A stretch of 20,067 bases of DNA from NCBI GenBank assembly GCA_038883715.1, contig JAVZLS010000017.1:1-20067 (forward strand). The letters are read 5' to 3'. This document shows positions 15,546 through 20,067 of this stretch, piece after piece; the stretch's first letter is position 1, and each line of letters opens with the position of its first letter. The position numbers were made by a program, and so were the translations under genes. The stretch comes from Candidatus Bathyarchaeia archaeon. Lineage in GTDB: Archaea; Thermoproteota; Bathyarchaeia; Bathyarchaeales; Bathycorpusculaceae. Below the pieces are notes generated by a model. It searched no databases and was not told the origin of the DNA. It was given only the letters and a program-made list of their open reading frames with translations.

Positions 15546-16688
15546 CTACAATTTCCAGTCTATTTTATGATTTTTAAAGAAGATTCCAGCAATTATGCCG
15601 GCAAAGAGGACAATAAAGGATATGGGCTGATAAAAAAAGTAGTACGCTACGAATTCGACAAGGCTGAATCGAAATCTAAGCTTCCTCGAGGCTATATAGA
15701 AAATTATCGAGAACATGATGAAACCAAAAAAGAAGTTTGTCAAGACCGTAAACAGCATGGATGTCAATGAAGGAGGCAGCACAGGCACACTTGTAAGGTT
15801 CAATTGAGACGCCAAAGCTCTTGGGATAAAGTTGAACAGTTGGACGTCTGGGAAAAGGGAGCAAATGTAATTAAAAAGCATGAGAGCAACTGTTGGGAAA
15901 AGCATGAGGGAGCATGGAAAAGCTATGTATGGATACCTTGCAATGTATCTAACAACCTTTCCCCCATGGGTTTTAATCCATATTCCCGTTCCAATACCCC
16001 ACCTCTTCCTCTGGGCTAGCCAGCTTCTCCATCTTGAAGGAGCCTTTGTATAAACTTCAGCCTTGTTAGTAAACTTAAACCGCTTATTTTGATAGAAGGT
16101 CCTCGCCGCCAAGTCAAGGTCTTCTGAAACCACTTTGGCAAATCCTCCAACCTCTTTGAAGGTTTCCCTTTTAATGGCGAAGGCTGTACCGCCGACAGCA
16201 AAACATTTCTGTACAAGTTTTGAGTATAAGAAGCTTGAAAAGTTTGAGCCGACAAACTCGTAATTCACCATTCTAGATATGAAGGAATCCTTGATAATCT
16301 TCTTCTTTATGTCAAGAATGTCCGCATCCTCCATCTCTAAAGCTACAGTTTTTAGAAAATCCTTGCATTCGCCTAGCTTAACATCCGCGTCCATAAAAAC
16401 AAGAATTTCCCCGCTGGAAACACTAACAGCCTCGTTCAAAGCTCTAACCTTACCTCTTCTGCGACCATTTAAAATGAAATGCACCTCGCCACGAAAACGC
16501 TCAACAACTCTATGCGCATCAGCCGTAGGTTCATCTATAGTAACAAAAATCTCTTTATTTTGATAAGAGTCGTTAACCAAACCCTCAAGAAGCTCCTCCA
16601 GCAAATCCGAATGCCTATAAACCGGTATAAAAACACTGATTCTTCTATCCTTAGAACTGGACGGGCTGCTGCCTTGCAAATCATCCAT
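15546..16688 (-). CDS. family 2 glycosyltransferase with QxxRW motif and C-terminal TM helices
   Basis: IPVY, TIDE, GKVRALN, DAD, SED and QRKRW motifs; about three hydrophobic C-terminal segments. Confidence 0.88.
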   Translation of the reverse strand: MDDLQGSSPSSSKDRRISVFIPVYRHSDLLEELLEGLVNDSYQNKEIFVTIDEPTADAHRVVERFRGEVHFILNGRRRGKVRALNEAVSVSSGEILVFMDADVKLGECKDFLKTVALEMEDADILDIKKKIIKDSFISRMVNYEFVGSNFSSFLYSKLVQKCFAVGGTAFAIKRETFKEVGGFAKVVSEDLDLAARTFYQNKRFKFTNKAEVYTKAPSRWRSWLAQRKRWGIGTGIWIKTHGGKVVRYIARYPYIAFPCSLMLFPTVALMLFNYICSLFPDVQLFNFIPRALASQLNLTSVPVLPPSLTSMLFTVLTNFFFGFIMFSIIFYIASRKLRFRFSLVEFVAYYFFYQPISFIVLFAGIIAGIFFKNHKIDWKL

Positions 16689-16907
16689 CCTGCAAAGTCT
16701 CCAAACCTATGTTAATAATTCAGCTTTTTTGTTTTACGCATAACTACGTCTTCCAGAATATTCCCAGAAAGAAATATCGCCAAACTAAGCCATCAACAAA
16801 CCCCTTTTTGCTCTACTGGAAACACCAAATTTATGGCTGATTTCACGCAAATTGGCTAGCCCTCTAAATTTCTGTTCAACTGCACTACAAAACGCGAAAC
16901 AAAACTC

Positions 16908-17030
16908 ACCAGCGCCCTTGACCATGGTAGTGGTGGGGTAGCTGGGATTTGAACCCAGGATCGCCAGCGCCCCAGGCTGGTATCCTAGACCAAGCTAGAC
17001 GACTACCCCAATATTACAGACCAGCGCCCT
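16908..17030. repeat. 11-bp direct repeat ACCAGCGCCCT flanking tRNA-Pro, with a 9-bp copy inside its anticodon arm
   Basis: Exact copies at 16908-16918 and 17020-17030; CCAGCGCCC at 16964-16972 within the tRNA. Confidence 0.6.
16931..17009 (-). tRNA. tRNA-Pro(GGG), intronless, CCA encoded
   Basis: GGGGTAG/CTACCCC acceptor, GTCT/GGAT D-stem, CCAGC-CTGGGGC-GCTGG anticodon arm, CTGGG-TTCAAAT-CCCAG T-arm, ACCA end. Confidence 0.96.
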
Positions 17031-17371
17031 CATACTTATTTTCTTTTTCTAAGCCAAGATTTTGGGGTTATGTTTGTGCTGTTATGCCTTTACAAAACAC
17101 TAGCCATCTTAGTTTTTCGGAGCGACCTGAAGTATTTTCGTGTTGTGGATTTTAACATTGACATTCGTCCTGCCAGCACATAGTCAAATTTAGGTTGCAG
17201 TGGCATTTAAATTGAGTACCCTCTAGGTTTGTCTCATTATGTGGCCAGAAAATATGCTTTTGGCTTCTGTGGAAAATGGGCTTTCAAGGGCTTTATTTTC
17301 CCTACCCCTCCTCTCTATGTTTAGTTGAAAAAGCAACAACTTCAAAACCCACGGGGTTATCGACAAAATAC

Positions 17372-17465
17372 TGGCGGGCCCGCCGGGAATTGAACCCGGG
17401 ACCCCCGGGTTTCTCGGCTTTTGGCTTAAAAGCCCGGTGCTCTATCCTTACTGAGCTACGGGCCC
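17372..17465 (-). tRNA. tRNA-Lys(TTT) with a 16-nt canonical 37/38 intron (17411-17426), CCA encoded
   Basis: GGGCCCG/CGGGCCC acceptor, GCTC/GAGC D-stem, CCGGG-CT-TTT-A[AGCCAAAAGCCGAGAA]A-CCCGG, CCGGG-TTCAATT-CCCGG T-arm, GCCA end. Confidence 0.95.
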
Positions 17466-17536
17466 TTTTTTGTTTTCGTTTTAGAGAATTTAGGAGGATG
17501 TTATTTAGTATTTCGTTTAGTTTTGTATTTTAAAAG

Positions 17537-17911
17537 TTAGGATGGTGGCGATTGGACCTTCAAAAGGCTTGTTATGAAGTTCTTTATCTTGTCATTGGCG
17601 CTGAGAATTGTCTCTATTGTTTTTGCACCTTTCTCCGTTAGCTTATAAACTCTTTTCCTCTCGTTCCATGTGCCCTCTATTAGCCCATTTCTCTCTAAAG
17701 AGTAGAGTAGGGAGTAGACTGTTCCAGAGCTTACTAGTAGGTGGAATTTGTTGTGAATGAAGGATATGACGTCGTAGCCGCTCATGGGGCCGTTTCTGAG
17801 TTCCGCCAAAATTATTATGTCCATGAAGTTTTTGATTATGCGTTCATGCATTTTCTTTAATATTTTTCCTTCCAACTTTCCACCGCCAACAATGATTGTC
17901 AAAGCCGTCAT
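17537..17911 (-). CDS. PadR-family winged-helix transcriptional regulator
   Basis: IILAEL..GPMSGYDVI...SSGTVYSLLYSLERNGLIEG...RKRVYKLTEKG pattern. Confidence 0.88.
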   Translation of the reverse strand: MTALTIIVGGGKLEGKILKKMHERIIKNFMDIIILAELRNGPMSGYDVISFIHNKFHLLVSSGTVYSLLYSLERNGLIEGTWNERKRVYKLTEKGAKTIETILSANDKIKNFITSLLKVQSPPS

Positions 17912-18197
17912 GTTTATTCACGTTTTAACATTTTAGGTTAGATATAAATATTTAAATTTTATTCTAATTCTGAATTGGAAGTTGAAACTGAATAAAATAA
18001 GTTTAAATATTGAAAGACTACGTTAAGCGTTAAAATTTCAAAGTTTCAGTAACTTTAATGAAGTTTTGGCTGACATTTTAAAGTTTAATTTTCATTAATT
18101 TTGGTCGAAAACGGCTTATTTTAACAGTTAGCGATATCTCTGCATATTAACAAACGTTATTTTCTCTTTTCGCCTTTTTTATGGCTGGTGTTAGGGA

Positions 18198-18764
18198 TTG
18201 TTTTCGTGGAAGCGTTCCTCTGAGAGGTTAAATAGCGAATATGAGACTGTTTTGAAAAAGAGGCAAGCCTTGAACAGCTTGCTTGAGAGCGGTAGAATAT
18301 CGAGGCCGACATACGAGCTTTTTGAGAATGAAATGAACGAAGCCATAGCCGAGATCGAAAGGCAGAGGAAGGCTTTGCTGGATAAGATGGCCGTTAAGGC
18401 AAGGGAGCTTGAAGAGCAAATTAAGACTTTGGAGAAGTTGCTGGCGAACTTTGAGATTCAACACGTTGGCGGCGAAATAGAGGAGGAAGTTTACCAGCGG
18501 GAAATAGCTCTTCTATCCATGGGACTTGAGAGCACGAGGCAAGAGTTAAATGCCATCAAAGAAACCATTGAAAAACTTACAAATCCACAGGTGGCGGGTA
18601 GTGGCGCCATGCCACAACAACAAGGGGAACAAAAATCTGCGGAAGGCGGTGAAACTGGCAACCTTGAAGTAGCGGTTGTGGAACTAACCCCGAAAGTTGA
18701 AACTGAGGGTGTAAGCGAAAGCTTGCAGGAAACCCGGCAAACAGAACAGAAAAGCGAGGGATAA
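18198..18764 (+). CDS. CdvA-like coiled-coil protein (no N-terminal PRC barrel), acidic low-complexity tail
   Basis: ALNSLLESGRISRPTYE and FEIQHVGGEIEEEVY helical-hairpin repeats within a long coiled coil, as in the CdvA coiled-coil domain; GGTG SD before the TTG. Confidence 0.75.
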   Translation: MFSWKRSSERLNSEYETVLKKRQALNSLLESGRISRPTYELFENEMNEAIAEIERQRKALLDKMAVKARELEEQIKTLEKLLANFEIQHVGGEIEEEVYQREIALLSMGLESTRQELNAIKETIEKLTNPQVAGSGAMPQQQGEQKSAEGGETGNLEVAVVELTPKVETEGVSESLQETRQTEQKSEG

Positions 18765-18770
18765 CTGAAA

Positions 18771-18793
18771 CTCTTTTCTCCTTTTTCTATTTT
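18771..18793 (+). terminator. T-rich archaeal terminator-like tract after the CdvA-like gene
   Basis: CTCTTTTCTCCTTTTTCTATTTT immediately after the stop codon. Confidence 0.45.
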
Positions 18794-18854
18794 AAACTCG
18801 CTAATTTAAGGGCAAGAGAATTTTATATTCCAGTCATTCACTTATTTTCGAGGG

Positions 18855-19937
18855 TTGTGTTTGCAAAGTGATAATGTTTTGATGACTTTCCATGAAAAGT
18901 TTAAGCAGTACGATCTTGGAGAGGGACACCCATTTAGGGGAGACAGATTCATAAACGCCATGAAATTCTTCAAAGAGCAAGGCTTGCTTAATCGTCCACA
19001 GCTCAAGATTGTGGAACCAAAACCAGTTTCAAAGGGGGAGCTTTTAAGGGTGCATACTGAAGACTACGTTAACTTGATTTTCCGGCTGGCAGAGGAAAGC
19101 AGACCATACGACATTGAGACTCCAGTTTCGCCTTCAATTCTTGAAGCCGCCCTGCTTATTATTGGCGGCGCAATTGAATGTGGAAAAGCTGTTCTTGACG
19201 GAACCGCTAAACATGCCATATCGCTTGGCGGCGGTTACCATCACGCTGGGAGGGATTATGGTGGTGGATTCTGCCTTTTCAACGACATAGCCGTTTTAGT
19301 CGAATTTCTGAGGGTTGAAAAGGGTGTGAAACGCTTCCTCATACTGGATTATGATGTCCATTTTGGGAATGGAACAAGCGACATTTATTATGCCGACCCA
19401 AGCGTACTTTTTATTTCTCTGCACCAAGACCCACGAACAATTTACCCTGGAAAAGGTTTCACATGGGAAATAGGCGAAGGCGAAGGGGAAGGCTACAACG
19501 TTAATGTGCCATTGCCGCCCGGGACAGGAGACGAAACATATTTGCGTGCTGTCAGGGAGATTTTTGTGCCCTTAGCCGAGGAGTTTAAACCAGAAATAAT
19601 AATTGCGAACGGTGGAAGCGACTCTCATTTCGCAGACATGCTGGGCGACTTAAGTCTAACAGCCGACGGCTTTTTTAGGCTCTCATGCCTAATTAGGGAG
19701 ACAGCCCAAAAAGTATGCAGTGGAGAGCTCGTTTTATTGCTTGGAAGCGGATACAACCCAAAAGTTCTGCCCATATGCTGGTACGCCCTTGTCGCAGGAG
19801 CGGTAGGCCTAGAAAAAATAAATGTTAAAGAGTCACACATGCTGCCTGTTGAACCACCTTTCGTAAGGAAAAAAGTTGAAGACACGATTGATGAGTTAAA
19901 AGGCTTGCTGAAGAAGAAATGGAAATGTTTTAGGTGA
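18855..19937 (+). CDS. histone deacetylase/AcuC-family Zn-dependent amidohydrolase
   Basis: GHP....R, LLRVH..DY, GGGYHHA, GFCLFND, DYDVHFGNGT, SLHQ...YPG, NVPLPPG, GSDSH..D and GSGY motifs. Exact start uncertain. Confidence 0.92.
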   Translation: MCLQSDNVLMTFHEKFKQYDLGEGHPFRGDRFINAMKFFKEQGLLNRPQLKIVEPKPVSKGELLRVHTEDYVNLIFRLAEESRPYDIETPVSPSILEAALLIIGGAIECGKAVLDGTAKHAISLGGGYHHAGRDYGGGFCLFNDIAVLVEFLRVEKGVKRFLILDYDVHFGNGTSDIYYADPSVLFISLHQDPRTIYPGKGFTWEIGEGEGEGYNVNVPLPPGTGDETYLRAVREIFVPLAEEFKPEIIIANGGSDSHFADMLGDLSLTADGFFRLSCLIRETAQKVCSGELVLLLGSGYNPKVLPICWYALVAGAVGLEKINVKESHMLPVEPPFVRKKVEDTIDELKGLLKKKWKCFR

Positions 19938-19974
19938 GACGTCTCTTAATTCTAAGCAAATGAAGGTATAAGAG

Positions 19975-20067
19975 ATGGAAAATATTGATGAGGTTCGTGA
20001 GCTTTTTCCCGTCGTCAAGAACAAGGTTTTCTTGAATCATGCTGCCCAGTCGCCGCTTCCAAAGCCC
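19975..20067 (+). CDS. 5' fragment of an aminotransferase class V/cysteine desulfurase-like PLP enzyme (runs off the window end)
   Basis: Manual translation MENIDEVRELFPVVKNKVFLNHAAQSPLPKP matches the R..FP.....(Y/F)LN.AA.SP.P N-terminus of this family. Confidence 0.8.
   Translation, partial: MENIDEVRELFPVVKNKVFLNHAAQSPLPKP

Noticed and set aside
16689-17371. Possible integrated element at tRNA-Pro or tRNA-Lys
   Set aside because: No integrase and no duplicated tRNA 3' end found in the window; the spacers show no convincing ORF or long structure.
17411-17426. Plus-strand TTCTCGGCTTTTGGCT resembles the 5' end of eukaryotic U2 snRNA as I recall it
   Set aside because: Only 16 nt with a gap, antisense to a tRNA intron, and no further U2 similarity; treated as coincidence.
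16949-17533. Plus-strand ORFs 16949-17155 and 17276-17533
   Set aside because: Antisense to tRNA-Pro and tRNA-Lys; typical tRNA shadow ORFs.
1597-19885. Numerous 60-150 aa ORFs nested in or antisense to the main genes (e.g. 2685-3134, 9250-9621, 10889-11242, 11457-11816)
   Set aside because: They overlap well-supported genes wholly or largely and show no motifs or translation signals.
18855-19937. HDAC as a eukaryote-like chromatin signature
   Set aside because: HDAC/AcuC-family enzymes are widespread in prokaryotes; nothing here indicates a histone substrate.
19936-19945. 10-bp palindrome GAGACGTCTC at the HDAC stop
   Set aside because: Isolated short palindrome; such sites are expected by chance in 20 kb.

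Overview
Archaeal chromosomal window, most likely Bathyarchaeia/TACK (inference from an SmAP3-type Lsm, a CdvA-like coiled-coil protein, intron-containing tRNAs including a D-loop intron, a PUA-less archaeosine TGT, BRE-TATA promoters and frequent TTG starts). It is mostly housekeeping: glmM-glmU, Lsm, PAC2 chaperone, tgtA-PHP-beta-CASP RNase-archaemetzincin, core methionine synthase, htpX, dipeptide epimerase, an ABC-2 pair, a QxxRW GT2, a PadR-like regulator, a CdvA-like protein, an HDAC-family enzyme and the start of a class V PLP enzyme. There are three tRNAs: Val-CAC with a non-canonical D-loop intron, Pro-GGG, and Lys-TTT with a canonical intron. No mobile element or CRISPR array was seen. 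The most striking unexplained element is the 200-bp gap at 9981-10180. It carries its own minus-strand BRE-TATA and an interleaved pair of long inverted repeats (a ~23-bp stem whose loop is complementary to a downstream 10-12-mer, i.e. an H-type pseudoknot or two-state switch), plus an Sm-site-like AUUUUUGG, making it a candidate undescribed ncRNA. Other leads are a coiled-coil + PH/GRAM-like + Zn-ribbon protein, a truncated CdvA paralogue divergent from PadR, and an 11-bp repeat bracketing tRNA-Pro that copies its anticodon arm. All family calls come from motif recognition; no database searches were run.
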